From Malacoraja senta (taxonomy: Eukaryota), in assembly GCA_038087875.1 (NCBI GenBank), contig CM075982.1, forward strand, positions 50,592,001 through 50,656,000: a stretch of 64,000 nt of DNA. Reading direction: 5' to 3'. A program made the position numbers and the translations under genes. How positions within the stretch are numbered: position 1 is the stretch's first letter; every line of letters begins with the position of its first letter. Below the pieces are notes generated by a model. That model saw only the letters and a program-made list of their open reading frames with translations, had not been told where the DNA came from and searched no databases. This document shows, piece after piece, positions 39,691 through 53,894 of the stretch.

Positions 39691-40625
39691 CTGTGAATCA
39701 GGGAAAAGGAATCAACAAAAAAAACACATCAGTCTTGCCAAAAGGTTTTGCAGAAACACACCCAATTAAATTTTAATCCTTTACAAATTGATTGAAAGAT
39801 ACAGAATGGAAACAGGCCCTTCTGCCCACTGGACCAGCGCCACCCTTTCACACTAGAGAGCTGCACGGCAGTGGAGCCGGTAACGCCACTGCCTCATAGC
39901 GCCAGAGATCCTGTTCGATCCCGTCCACTGCTCATATTTGAGTGGAGTTTGCACGTTCACCCTGCGTGGGTTGCCTCTCACATTCCAAAGACGTACAGGT
40001 TTGTAGCTTAATTGGCTGGTGAGTCTAGGACTGAGGTGTGCAGGAAGGAACTGCAATGCTGGTTTATACCAGCGGGTCAGGCAGCATCTCTGGTTAGAAG
40101 GAATGGGTGATGCTTTGGGTCGATACCAGTCTGAAGAAGGGACTGGACCCGAAACGTCACCCATTCCTTCTATCCAAAGATGCTACCTGTCCCATTGAGT
40201 TACTCCAGCATTCTAGGACTGAGGTTACAGTTTCAGATTAAGAAATATGCAATTTAGGACTGAGGAGGAGAAAGTTCTTCACTCAGACAGCAGTGATTCT
40301 TCAGGGTCAGTTATTGCGTTTGAAATAAGGTCAATAGATTACTGTCTTGCATGGGTATCAAGGGAGATAGGAAGGCAGAAGGGGCTGCAGACACAGTGAT
40401 CCGAAGCAAAATAAAATTGCTGGAGGAACTCAGTGGGTCAAAGAGCGTCTTTGGAACAAAAGGGATGGTCAATGTTTTGGCTAAGAACACTGAAGAACGA
40501 GGTACAAGATGGCCATGATTTTGACAGAGCAGACTTTCCCCTGCCCGTCACTTATGTTCTATATCAGCGCAAGGTAACACCGATACCAGCAATCACTTAA
40601 AATAGTTATTATTCGCTATACTCAC

Positions 40626-40711
40626 TGATGTATCTCCGTAACACATTTTCTATTTGTTTTTGCTGAAACCTTCCTTTGATTACGAGCTGGTTATTGCCAT
40701 CAATGGATCCA
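40626..40711 (-). CDS. EIF2S2: EIF2S2 exon 8, 86 nt
   Basis: (S)[28 protein letters not shown]; acag| acceptor, A|GTGAGT donor. Confidence 0.96.
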
Positions 40712-40935
40712 CTGTTAGAAGAAAAACAATCCACAGGTTACAATCAATATAGTTCAAAATCATCACATTTAAAGTCTCCAGATGAGCTGGGAGCACAATG
40801 CCTGTTACGTGGGATCAAACAGCAGCTGCAGTAAGTTAGCAAGGAGGTGAAGTCGCAGCCCATTGGTTTCTGGTGCCCCTGGATGGCAGTATGTGGAGAG
40901 AAACATTGATGGGACGCATCAACCGTTGATTATAA

Positions 40936-41633
40936 CATGGGCCGCGGAACCGGGGGTGGGGGGTGCACAGCCCCTCCACCTTTTTGGCGAGACATGCTTC
41001 ATAACACAAAATTATCCGGCCCGCAGGCGTATTTTTCTCTTCTTCTGAGGACCTCCGACATCCAGAATCTCCGAACAAGCGCACAGCGAGCTCGGCAAAA
41101 CCAAAGATCATAGAGTGCAGCTCCGTCCGCTCTATGATCTTTGGGCAAAACCACGACCAGCCATGGCGGAAACCAACTCCAACAGCCCCCCCAAAACCCT
41201 CCCTTCAACGGCCAATCACAGCACGGTTCACAGTTGAGATATGGGGCAGTGAACGAAGCGCTGTGATTAGTCGCCAAGTGGAAGAGAGGGAGGGTGGGCC
41301 TGTGGGCCCCAAAAGAGAGAGAGTCAGCCCAGAGAGGGAGGGAGAATGAGGGAGAGAGACAGCCCCGAGAAGGAGAGAGAGAGAGAGTCGGCCCTGAGAG
41401 GAAGGGAGAGAGAGTGGGGGAGAGGGGAGTTGGGGGATATACCCCCCCACCTTTTGAGTAGGGGGATGGCCTGTATTATCCACCAATTTTTGGAGGTCAG
41501 CAACAACAAATAATAATTGTGCCACCCTACCCCCGCTCGGTCGCTTCGCTCCCTTACCGGGTACCCCCGAGGCTGGTGATCAGTGATCATTCAGCCCCTC
41601 CCCCCCATTTTCAAACACTTTCCGTGGCCCCTG
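40936..41633. mobile_element. GC-rich TIR element, probably hAT-type non-autonomous
   Basis: CATGGGCCGCGGAAC ... TTTCCGTGGCCCCTG inverted ends; TSD not resolved. Confidence 0.6.
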
Positions 41634-44600
41634 TATAGCCACTGTACTTCACGCTGCATCGGCAAGGCCACCAGCATTATCAAGGACAAGTCTCACACCG
41701 GACATTCCCTCTTCTCCCCTCTCACATCAGGCAAGAAGTATTAAAACGCATACCACCTGATATAAGGATAGTTTCTTCCCAGATGTTATCAGGTGACTGA
41801 ACCATCCTATTACCAACTAGAGAGCGGACCTGAGCTACCATCTACCTCATTGGAGACCCTTGTACTACCTTTAATCGGACTTTATCTTGCAATAAATGTT
41901 ATTTCCTTTATCCTGTATCTGTACACTGTGGACAGCTTGATGTAATCATGTATAGTCTTTCCGCGGACAGGACAGCATGCTACAAAAAGCTTCTCACTGT
42001 GCCTTGGTACACGTGACAATAAACTAAACGGGTCAAAAGGAATTGGCAAGGGTTTCCAGGTGATTTTTCTCCAATACAAACATAAGAGTTTGTACGTTCT
42101 CCCCGTGACCGCATGGGTTTCCTCCCACATTCAAAGACATACAGGTTTGTAGGTTAATTGGCTTTAATAAATTATCCCTAGTGTGGTGGATAGTGTCAGT
42201 GTATGGGGTGATCGCTGGTCGGCACGGGCTTGGTGGGCCGAAGGGCCTGTTTCCGCGCTGTGGATCTACAATCTACAACAAAGTCTGCAATGTTACACAC
42301 TATATTCTGCACTCTGGTATATTTCCTCTTTGCACTACCTGCATGGCTTGATTGTACTCGTGATTTGACTAGAGAGCACGCAAACAAAGCTTTTCTCTAT
42401 ATCTCAGTACACATGACAATAAGCTAATCCCAATACTTTCAAGGACCTTGCATTTATCAGACTTTGAATAGGAGTTCATGCCAATGTGCAGCATTGGGTT
42501 ATAAACTGGACTATCTAATATTTTTGATCATAGCCCTTCAATAGTTTTGGGGTTTTCCAGAGTGCTAATCTTTAAAGGCCTGGAATCATATCATTTAATG
42601 TAAAAAACAAACGCCAAAACTCCCATTCCCTTGACTTGCAACTAAACGCTTCTTGTTAAATTTTGAACTTAGCTAAAAGCAACTGTCCCTCCAGCCAGGC
42701 GAAGGAAGCTGTTACCAGCCCGCTTAATCCCTCCTCACTAAATCAAGTGCCTTAATCACGCAGAGAAAACATCAGCACTTGGAGTGAAACAAGATCCACA
42801 ATGAAAATGGATTACTATTTTTTTTAAACTGAAGCAAATGCAGTCACTGCTTAACCCTGAAGTCGGGTCGAGCCGAAACGTCACCCATTCCTTCTCTCCA
42901 GATGCAGCCTGTCCCGCTGAGTTACTCCAGCATTTTGTGTCTACCTTCGATTTTAACCAGAATCTGCAGTTCTTTCCTACTGCTTAACACTTGCTGCCCT
43001 GGGGCCATCTATTTGAAAGATCTGCTTATTGTCTTGCATAATTCTCCCCAGCAAGTTTCAGCTGTACCGGCTTCCTCAATAATTTCAGACAACTCATTAG
43101 AATCCACTGCACAAAATAAATACAGCTCATATTTGTTGCATCTTGTGCCAGGAGGAACAAAGGAGGACCCAGAGTGGGGGGACCGCCGCGAGGGAGGGGG
43201 GAGAATAATGGAGGGCACGGCGTGGGGGGGAGAACAAAAGTGGACCTGGCGCAGGATTCTTTGTAACTTTGTAAACACCCTTTATGTGGCGACTGTTGCA
43301 TACTTTGGGTATACAAGCAAAGAATTTCACCGTGACTTGTCACATGTGACAATAAAGTATTCATTCATTCATTTAACTACTGGAAGTGTACACTTAAGTC
43401 ATAATTTCACAAAAGCATCAACATTAAGTACTGTTAGTTTAATCTTTGATTAATGGAAGTTATTTTGGTTATTATTGGGCATGATTATTTCATTAATGAC
43501 ACCCAAGGGAATGAGGGGCCGCAGCTGACACATGGCCCTTTCTCAGGACAATTACTGATGAACTATGACCGTGTCACATCAGCTGCACCCAAAATAATAT
43601 ATATGTTTAAAAACAGTTTTCTGCTGTGGCAAACTACAATCATCGCTGCCTGCATCTGGCCAGGTACTACAGTGTCTGATCATTTTTTTGTTGTTAAAAT
43701 CAGTCACCCAATTCTACTGCTTTTAGGATTCTGTCTAGCTGCTACCATCTGTATACATTTTAGAGAATTACAAAATTCACCAAGTTCTCATAGGTAATGG
43801 TCAAAAAATGTCTGGACAATTTATTGCTCCATCAAATGAATTCCTTTCATGCACCCCAGGCTGGCAAAGAGGCATTCCACCTGTTTTCTGATCACCGCAA
43901 TGAAGTTTAAAACCAGCTTTTTGGCAAGATTTGCACGCCTTTTTTGTCTTGTTTATGGTGCTGTCATAATGAAACGTAATGGATTGTATCAAGGTGCTAG
44001 AATGGACAGTGAGATGTTTACTCATAGTCGGCAGGCTCGAGGCAGCGTGAAGGTTCAGCAGAACCTGGATGGTAGTAAGGAACACACTTGACTGTTCCGT
44101 GAAGTTAGATCACATGGGATCCAGGGATCCAACGGAACACAACACTGCCATGGTGGAAGGAGGAAGAGAGTAGTGGTAGAGGATAGACACAAAGTGCTGG
44201 AGTAACTCAGCAGCTCGGGTAGCATCTCTGGAGAAAAAGGATGGGTGAAGTTTCGGGTCAGGACCCTTCTTCAGAGTCGACGAGAACTTCTTCAAAGAAG
44301 GCATACCTTAAGGAGATTTTGCAGAGGAGCAGACAACGAACGGATGATGGTTTACACCGAAGATAGACACAAAGTACTGGAGTAACTCAGTGAGTCAGGC
44401 AACATCTCCGGAGAAAAAAAGATGGGTGACGTTTAGAGTCGGGCCCCTTCTTCAGACTGCTTCAGTGATAGTAGAGGGTTGTTTTTCAGTCTCGAGGACT
44501 ATGACCCGTGGAGTGCAGCAGGGAGCAATGCTGGGATTCCCCCCACCCTCCCTGTGGTTTGGTGTGTATATTAAGGATTTGGATGAGAACATAGATAGCG

Positions 44601-46699
44601 TGATCAGCCAGTCTGATTTCCACAGAATATCAAATTAATACAAATACACTCTCGTTTTGGATCCAACATCAACATTACACTTGCAAACACAAACATGCAG
44701 TTGAATTAGAAAACAATTGAACTGTGGAAGTTGATACAGCTTTGGGAAGGGCATTCACACAGCAAGTCTACCCCATGTTCCACACGAATGGCCTGTACTT
44801 TATTTATATTTCACCTGAAGAAAAATTACATCCAGCATTTGGAAATTATTGCCAGCAGAGACAAATTTAAGTGCCAGAGTAACTCAGCGGATCAGGCAAC
44901 ATCTCTGGAGAACATGCTGACCCGTCGGGTTACGCCAGCACTTTGGTCCTTTTTTATTAACTAGCATCTGCAGATCCCTGTGTCTCCACTGACCCACCAC
45001 ATTGTCTGATTGGGACACTGCGTTCTCCAGACACCCAGATTTGATCTCAGTTTCTGGTCACATGCTGTCCATTACGGTCTTCGGTGATCTTTTAGCGGCT
45101 TTTGGTTTATTGATGACTGAAACTTGGGACATAATTTCACATTCCTACATTGATGCTGGATCTAAATCCTGGAACATTTCACTCCACAGCATCAATATGG
45201 ACTGCATTTCAAGGCAGGCCATCATCACCAATGCAAGAGCAGGTGAAAATGAGCAATAAATGCTGCCCTTTCCTAAATGCCACAAGTGAATGAATAAATT
45301 ACCAAGCTTAACAGAGCTGCCTTTATATAATTAGTGGATTTCTACTTTCAAGAATGGAATGGAATGACTATAAAATTGAAGTTAAGCTTTGCTTTTAATC
45401 AAAGTTACGGCCTCATAATATTTAAACCTTTTTACAAGGACCAATTATTACATGTGTTCAAAAAGGAAGTCACGTCAATTTTTCCAGTTAGTTGAAGGGA
45501 ACAATATCGCAAGTTATATTTGTATTTTTTCTGATAAGGTGACTGATTATCTTTCTCCCAGGCCAATATGCTTTTCCTAGCTATTAATCTGAAATCATGG
45601 ACATCATAAAAAGAATCAACTGCAGAAGCCACTAATGACAGAAGGAAAACAGCCATTTTGTATCAAAATTCATTTTTTTTAATTGCAGCTCAAACCACCT
45701 CATAATAATTATCGTAAAATGTGGCAAAAAGAAAACGTGTCAAGTTAAATGCGAGATCCTAAAATGGCCGCAGATGACTTGCCTGTTTTCTTTTAAAAAG
45801 TAAGTTGACAGTTCTGTTATCTCTGCAGATTGAGCCCAGTGTGTTGTGTTTGAGCCTCTTTAAACAAAGATGAGATACAAAACACCTTATCCATTCAAAC
45901 AGCTGCACAGTGGCACAGCAGTAGAGTTGCTGCTTCACCGTGCCACAGACCAGGGCTCGATCCCATCTGTACGGAATTCGTACATTCTCACTGTGACCGC
46001 GTTGGTTTTCTCCAGGTGCTCCGGATTCCCCCCCACATTCCAAAGACGTGCAGGTTTGCAGATTAATTGGTTTCTGTAAATTGTCCCAAGTTTGTAGGAT
46101 AGAACTAGTGTATGGGATGATTGCTGGTCAGTGCGGACACGGTGGGCCAAAGGGCCTTTATCCAAACTGTACCTCTAAACTAAGCTCGATTCCATTGGCA
46201 ACTCATTTAATTTACAAAAGTTGTGGCAAAGTTGAAAGATGTCTGTCTTCTCATTGAAAATTGGCTGATAAGACTTTAGAATCAGATCGATCCTAATGTA
46301 TGCTTCAACACAGTATTTCAAATTCTCTCTCAAAACATTAAATAAATCTGGATTATGGATTATGCCGTTAGCAGTTTAAGTAATGGAACATAATTTGTAG
46401 TTTTTCCACTGGATAACTTGTCAAAAAGTTAGCAACTGTGGTTAAGAGTTATCATTGTTACAAGTGGGCGGCTTCACCAAGTGACCCATGTTAAGCAGAG
46501 CAACAGCCACACATACAATCCCCAACTGTTCTGGCAGCGCAGCTTGTTTTATTTTCATTAGAGAAGGTATAGAGGTGATAAGCCTTGGATACACTGATAG
46601 TCAGTAACTAATCAGTCTGTAACTGTGGGAATCATTCATTATAACCCCATTCATTCCTTCTAGCTGATAAGATCTCTATATGTAGCCACATTTTCAGTA

Positions 46700-47110
46700 C
46701 AGGTCCACCACCAATTTTCCAGTAACCGCTGGCCCGGCACCTCCTACAATCAAAATTATGAGAGCGCACTTGAAACCCCCCCCACCAGAAGTTCCCCCTA
46801 AAATATGGCTCCTAGGCTGGGTGAGACGGCCGATCTCTACATCATCAGGATTTCCGCACCGATTGGCGAGTCGAATTTGCCCCTTGCGACCAGAACTCCG
46901 TCCTAGCGGAGCCGGCAGATCCATTCCCATTGTTGACTTCCGAGGCTGACTTTGCGGGCCGGTATCTAGGCCCCCCCCCCCCGGCAGCCCAGGCGACCGT
47001 TCCGGTGCCGTTGGACTCCTCTCGGAAGTCGTGACCTCCGTTGGTCTGGCAAAACGGGTAATCCAGAAAGGCTCTGGAACCAAGGATGCCATAAAATCGG
47101 TGGTGGACCG
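46700..47110. mobile_element. Tigger-like MITE
   Basis: TA|CAGGTCCACCACCAATTTT ... AAAATCGGTGGTGGACC; right terminus eroded. Confidence 0.7.
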
Positions 47111-47254
47111 AGGAGCGCACTAACATAGAGCAAACCATAAGAGCTAGAGTTTAAATATGGTTCTTCATTTTGTTTTTAAAATTTCAATTAGTGAAGGGCT
47201 TCCTTATAGTTTTCCTATGGTTAATTAATTATATTTCTTAAGATTGCATCTTAC

Positions 47255-47311
47255 CTTGTACCCAACTCAGCCAATAAAAATGCCAGAAGATGTTTAGGTT
47301 GACGATGCAAC
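47255..47311 (-). CDS. EIF2S2: EIF2S2 exon 7, 57 nt
   Basis: (L)LHRQPKHLLAFLLAELGT(S); ccag| acceptor, AG|GTAAGA donor. Confidence 0.96.
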
Positions 47312-47846
47312 CTGGAGGTAAGAGAAACAAAGTGCCACGTTAGTTGTCAATTTATTTATACCTTAAAACAAGTTAATTTTACACACCCAAACGCTGTCAA
47401 GATAACAATGTTTTATTAAGAGGGTATCAAATTCTTCTTACCTTACCAATAAATCTGCAAGATCTATCGCAAGGATAATTCACAAAATTTCTATTGAAAC
47501 CAAGTGACAAACTGCCAAGGAACAATTGTGCTCTCCCCACAATAAATACCATACACATTTAAAAACAGGTCTTCATGGCAGAGAAGCATTTAAAACTTAG
47601 GTAAGAGAAAATTGTGCGCAACATCAGAATCACTCAATGTTTTTTTTTTAAATGAATTTTCAAAATTAGCATTATGAAGTAAATCAGGACAATACAATAA
47701 TGGTGAGAATAGATTTGCAGGATTGGAGACTTTGACACTCACCATAACATCAATAGAAATACTCCCAAGAAAATAATAAGAGGAAACTTGCACTATATGA
47801 AAAGATAGTTCCACCATTATTTTTTTCAGCATTCACCATTTAAATA

Positions 47847-48002
47847 CAGTGCCTGCCATAATGTTTAGGACAAAGACCCATCATTTATTTATTTGCCTCT
47901 GTACTCCACAATTTGAGATTTGTAATAGAAAAATTCACATGTGGTTAAAGAGCATTGTCAGATTTTAATAAAGGCCATTTTTATACATTATGGCGGGCAC
48001 TG
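47847..48002. mobile_element. Tc1/mariner-type MITE, 156 bp
   Basis: TA|CAGTGCCTGCCATAATGT ... ACATTATGGCGGGCACTG|TA. Confidence 0.85.
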
Positions 48003-49042
48003 TAGTTCAATTACAAGTGCCATGTTCAAACAAGAGCAGCTGATGGTATATTGGAGACAGAAGCTCAAGACTCTGAACAGTTCTGGCTGAATGATTACAG
48101 GTGTCTTTTTATTAATAATATCTCCCAAAAGATTCACCTATGGTCTAACATCCAGTCACATTAGGTGAATAATTGTTTCATTTCTTTTTCAAAAGAGTCC
48201 TGAAAATAAGATATGTTTTTGATATAAAAACCAGCCAAGTGTTGTAGAAAGGATTACAATTTCTGTTATAACCGCAGGGTGCCCAAAGAGCTTTACAACA
48301 AATTAAATGCATTTTGAGATGTGGTCATTACTGTAATGCAGCAGCCAATTCCAAATAGCAAGCTCCTATGTTCGGCAATAAGATAATGACCCAGATTTTG
48401 TTTTTGACAAGAGAGATCTGTTGGAGGATTAATGCATATTCCAGTCAGGCAGATTATACTGCCTTTATTCATTCTGCCAAAAGAAATTCTGCACACAATC
48501 ACCATTCCTGGTAGATGTCCAAATCTCAATTCTTTTAGGCAAGTTTTAGATTGTAAACATGGACAAAGATTAGAAAGTCTTGTTTTTAGGACACAGAAAC
48601 ATGCGACTCAGCCCAATCACATGGGCCAGTCTCACCATCATAGACTCCATCTGCCACGGGATAGTAGTCAACATAATCAATGTCCTTTCTCACCCCAGTC
48701 ACCCTTTCCTCTCCCCACTTCCGTTGGGCAGAAGTACCCACGAATTTCAGAAACGGCTTTTTCACTTTTATTATCAGACTACTAAACAGTCCTCTCACCC
48801 TCCAACCCATCTTCTGCAATTGCAAAGTTATAATGCTGTAACACCATATTGCTTTTTGGATTTGTGCTCTGTTGTGTATGTGATTGTACTCGTGTATAGT
48901 ACGATTTTATTTGACTGGATAGCACACACAAAGCTTTTCATCATATCTCAGTACATGTGACAATAATAAACCAATACCAATAAGCCAATACTGGTGCACA
49001 TGGCCCATGTACTTTCACAAGTGCATACCTAACATCTGTGAT

Positions 49043-50093
49043 ATCTGATAAGGTCCCACATAGGAGATTAGTGGGCAAAATTAGAGCACGTGGTATTGGG
49101 GGTAGGGTACTGACATGGATAGAAAATTGGTTGCCAGACAGGAAACAAAGAGTAGGGATTAACGGGTCCCTTTCAGAATGGCAGGCAGTGACTAGCGGGG
49201 TGCTGGGACCACAGCTATTTACAATATACATTAATGATTTAGAGGAACGGATTCAAAGTAACATTAGCAAATTTGCAGATGACACAAAACTGGGTGGCAG
49301 TGTGAACTGTGAGGAGGATGCTGTGAGGATGCAGGGCGACTTGTACAGGTTGGGTGAGTGGACAGATGCAGTTTAATGTGGATAAATGTGAGGTTATCCA
49401 CTTTGGTAGGAAAAACAGGAAGGCAGATTATTATCTGAATGGTGTCAAGTTGGGAAAAGCGTATTACAACGAGATCTGGGGGTCCTTGTTCATCAGTCAC
49501 TAAAGTAAGCATGCAGATACAGCAGGCAGCGAAGAAAGCAAATGGCATGTTGGCCTTCATAACAAGAGGAATTGAGTAAAGGAGCAAAGAGGTCCTTCTG
49601 CAGTTGTACAGTGCCCTAGTGAGACCACACCTGGAATATTGTGGGCAGTTTTGGTCTCCAAATTTGAGGAAGGACATTCTTGCCATTGAGGGAGTGCAGC
49701 GTAGGTTCACAAGGTCAATTCCCGGGATGGCAGGACTGTCATATGTTGATAGAATGGAGCGGCTGGGCTTGTATACTCTGGAAGTTTGAAGGATGATAGG
49801 GGATCTTATCGAAACCTAAGATTATGGACTCACTAGAGGCAGGAAACATGTTCCCGATGTTGGGGGAGTCTAGAACCAGGGGCCACAGTTTAAGAATAAG
49901 GGGTAAGCCATTTAGAACGGAGATGAGGAAAAACTTTTTCACACAGAGTGTTGTGAATCTGTGGAATTCTGTCTTAGAAGGCTGCAGAGGCCAATTCTCT
50001 GGATGCTTTCAAGAGAGTTAGATAGAGCTCTTAAAGAACGCGGAGTCAGGGGATATGGGGAGAAGGCAGGAACGGGGTACTGATTGTGGATGA
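49043..50093 (+). mobile_element. Degraded, truncated CR1 LINE (RT to 3'UTR)
   Basis: DKVPHRRL...FADDTKLGG...RPHLEYC fragments with frameshifts and stops. Confidence 0.92.
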
Positions 50094-51558
50094 TCTATTG
50101 TCTAATGGTGATAAACTAACAAGAGTCTTAGGAATTGTAATAAGACTGAGTACTTAATTCACGTGTTAGTTCCAGCTACTTCTTTGAAGTCTGAGGCAGC
50201 AATCCAATGCAGATATTCCAGTTGTGCGAACCGCAGCTCCAGCCACATGGTAGCAGTTTATGAGACACACTTTGTTGAATTACTACCATATAAATTGCTG
50301 CAAGTTTTAACTTTCCATATAGGCATCCTATAGAACATTTCTGCACAGTTGTTTCAATCATCTTTTATTAGCTTTAAAATCAAAATAATGTCAGCTGAAA
50401 AAATCCCTACTTAAAGCATCAAAGAATAAAAAGCAGAGGTGACTGGAGGCTACTCTGCACCACAGTTGGGAGGAAGGCACAAATGCGAGAATAGCCTTAC
50501 TAAGTGTGTCCATTGAAATCGATAGTTGGAGCCATTGACCCGATATGGCACCTTTGATATCCCAGGTTCATTTTTTCCTCATCTGTATCAGCCAGGGCAA
50601 TAACAAAGGTGACAGAACAAGCCTCCAAACTGTGACGGCAAACAAGAGAGGGCAATGACATTTCTTAAAACAATGATGCATTTTGTACAATATCATCAGC
50701 TTTAAGTATCACACCATTCTGACTGGCTTGTTTTATGGCCACATGGTGTGAATGTTCACAATTTCCCCATTGAGCAACACTAAAGGACCACAATTTCAAG
50801 CCATAAGCATTAGATGTTCACGAGGAAGGCTCATCAACTTTCTGAAGGGCCACTTAGACTTGGCACTGATGTCCAAACTCCACATTTTCAAAGAAAAGTA
50901 TGACCTTGGGAACACTAGGAACAAAATGCCCTTTGATGTTTCATGCAAACATCATAAAACTATGATTAGTGCTGCTATGTTAATTTGACCTTCAGGCTGT
51001 AACATAGGGTAAGGAGTTATGTCCGATAACAGTAAGTCAGCACACGTTGTGAATCAGGATTTTGTGGAAATGATACTAAATGTTTAGTCAGTTTTACGTC
51101 AATTGATCCTCACTTTACCAGATTCTCCTGGATCTAACCAGAACCTCAGAAATGGAGGGATAAAGATCAATGCAGACAGCTGAGATTAGTTTAATTTGGC
51201 ACCATGTTCCAACACAGACACCGTGAGCCAAAAACCCTTTTCCTGTGCTGTACTTTTCTATGTTCTAAGCAATAATTACACAACTCTGAATCAAATTATT
51301 CCCCAGCCCTTCAACTTTTAAGACAATATCAACGTCAGATACAAACCTTATCCCAGAAAGGCTGGGTACAAAAATGTCATGCAGAAACAAGGAACTGGAG
51401 ATGCTGGTTTACCAAAAAAGACAAAGTTCTGGAGTAACTCAATGGGTCAGGCAGCATTTCTGGTGAACATGGCTAGGTGACGTTTCAGGTCAGTACACTT
51501 CTTCAGACTTGATATATCACCTATCCATGTTCACCAGAGATGCTACCCTGCTGAGTTA

Positions 51559-52071
51559 AGGGCCTGTCCTACGAGCATGCGACTGCATGCGGCTAGCGCG
51601 ACCTAACGTGGTCGCGCTAGCCGTGCGGCCTCGCGGGGCCGGTCCCAGTTTGATCGCCGGAGCCGCATGGAGCTGGTCCCGACATCTCGCGGGGCTCCGA
51701 AAAACTGAGTGTTCATAAATTCCGCGCTGCAAAGGCCTGCCGGCCCGCTGCCGCATGGAGGCCGCACGCACCGCCTCGGCGCCGTACGCAGCGTCTTGTG
51801 GCCGTACGCCTAGCGCGTGGCGTTGTGCGATGACGTCACCACCCGGCGTGCCGTTGCGTGATGACGTAACCGCCCGCGCCGTGCGACGTCCAAATTCAGT
51901 CGGCCGCCTCCTGCACAGCTGATTGGTGAGTATGATGTCGGGACCAGCCCCGCACAACTCCAGACGGCTCCGCGGTTGGAAGTGGGACCGGCCCCGCGAG
52001 GCCGTACGCCTCAAGCCACCACGTTTGGTCGCGCTAGACGCATGCAATCGCATGCTGGTGGGACAGGCCCT
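51559..52071. mobile_element. PIF/Harbinger-type MITE, 513 bp, CpG-rich
   Basis: Long TIR starting AGGGCCTGTCC and ending GGACAGGCCCT; TTA TSD (51556-58, 52072-74); removing it restores the host ctgagttactcca. Confidence 0.9.
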
Positions 52072-52970
52072 TTACTCCAACACTTATCTTCTTTTTACAA
52101 GACAGAAGGTGATACTTTCCAGAGTACAAAGTCCGATCCATCTATCTAAATTGTCAGCGTAATCTCCTTCCTTCTGTATACACAGCCAGCCTCCCCTTGA
52201 ATGCATCCTTATGATGCATCAATTACCAAGGTAACCAATTTCACATTTTCACTCCTCTCCACATAAAGCATATGGTTCTGAATTCCCCACTTGAATGCTT
52301 CGTAACAGATTTATACCAGAAGAGGGTTTGAATGTGAAATAGTAAACTTGTTCATTGAAAACATTTGTCTATATGTTTTCATTGCAGCAGCGTGAAGGTG
52401 GTGAAAAATATTTGAAGGGAAAGGACAATTTGAATTTAATTGAAAAAAGTCATGGAGAAGATCACAGGATAAATCTGCTCATTCCACCCTATGGACATCA
52501 AAACAAGAGGAAGCTTGTATCTGAATTAGGCACAACAACGAATAGGCACACAAAGTCCAGGTTCAGGAGCAGCTTCTTCCCTACAGCCATCAGGCTATTA
52601 AACACAACAACTAATAAGCTCTGAGCTGCAAAAGACTATATTATTATTGCACTATATTTTCTCTTCCCCCATTATATACTATATTTACATATTCACATAT
52701 TCTGTTGTGCTGCAGCTAGTAAGAATTTCATTGTCCCATCCGGGACATATGACAATAAAACACTCTTGACTCTGTCTAAAGCCGAGGTTCTTATCAAACA
52801 GAGGTCATCGTCATTTCCATTAAATTAAAACTGAACTCAGGAAGCATGGTGGAGCACATGCTCAAATCCGCATCAATGATGCCGAAGTGGAAATGGTTGT
52901 TTCAGGTTTCTTGGTTTAATATTATTCATGACCTATTGTGGACCACCCACATTGATGCGACAGCCACTAA

Positions 52971-53889
52971 TTGGCCCGTCCCACTTACGCAGCGTCTTGT
53001 GGCCTACGTGACTGTTTAGGCGACTACAGGAGACTACGAGGTCGCCACATGCTCACCGGGGAGTTGCCTGCATGGTGGTGAGTAGTTCCCGCATTCTCGT
53101 AACTAGTCGCGGCTTCATTCCTGCTAATTTTTAAAAAACGTTGAAAAATTTGCGGTGTCCAGAATTTTTACGCCATGGAGAGTAGCGAGAATTCTCGTGA
53201 CGTAGGTGCAGTGGTCGTGGGTTGCCAGGAGGTCTTAGGTTGTCGCCGGTGCTGACCAGTGAATTTCATTGGCTAATTGGGAAAACAAAACGTAAACAGT
53301 AGTTTTCAGAACCAAGGATAACCGACCAGTAATGTTAATGCCCGCCGAGCTTCACAGCCGTGTATCTCTGGCTTCTTAAAAGTTGTCTCCACTCCTTCTC
53401 CTCCCCCCCCCCCTCTTTTATTGTCTATTCTCTTGAAGATAGCGAGCGGAGTCAGGGGATATGGGGAGAAGGCAGGAACGGGGTACTAATTGTGGATGAT
53501 CAGCCATGACCATTGAATGGCAGTGCTGGCTTGCAGGGCCGAATGGCCTACTCCTGCACCTATTGTCTATTGACTTACGTGACCCTTCCCGTACACTGTG
53601 CTTTCACCGTCTTAATCACAGCGCCAACCTTCCTGTTCATCATGGTGTGTGTCTGTATCACATTGGCTTTGCACCGTGAATTTCACTCAGACAGCTCTTC
53701 CCCCCTCCCCCCCCCCCGCTTGCCCTGTCCTACACCTGCAAAACTGGCTGGTGAAGGAAGCAATGTGTGTATGTGCGTGTGTGTTCCACTCTGACAGTCG
53801 CCGTTCCAGTTGCCGGATTTTCAGTGACCTGCTACGACTTGACAGTCGCCAGCAGTCGCCTGAAATATCGCCTAAGTGGGACAGGTCCA
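52971..53889. mobile_element. PIF/Harbinger-type MITE with a nested CR1 3' fragment (~53432-53572)
   Basis: TIR ...GTCCCACTTA / TAAGTGGGAC...; TAA TSD at 52968-70 and 53890-92. Confidence 0.82.
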
Positions 53890-53894
53890 TAACA

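Noticed and set aside
42902-43797. 183-aa and 114-aa ORFs in EIF2S2 intron 7
   Set aside because: Patchworks of repeat fragments and intron sequence with no coding signature.
51559-52071. CpG-island promoter or 165-aa ORF
   Set aside because: The CpG richness is bounded exactly by Harbinger TIRs and a TTA TSD, so it is a young MITE.
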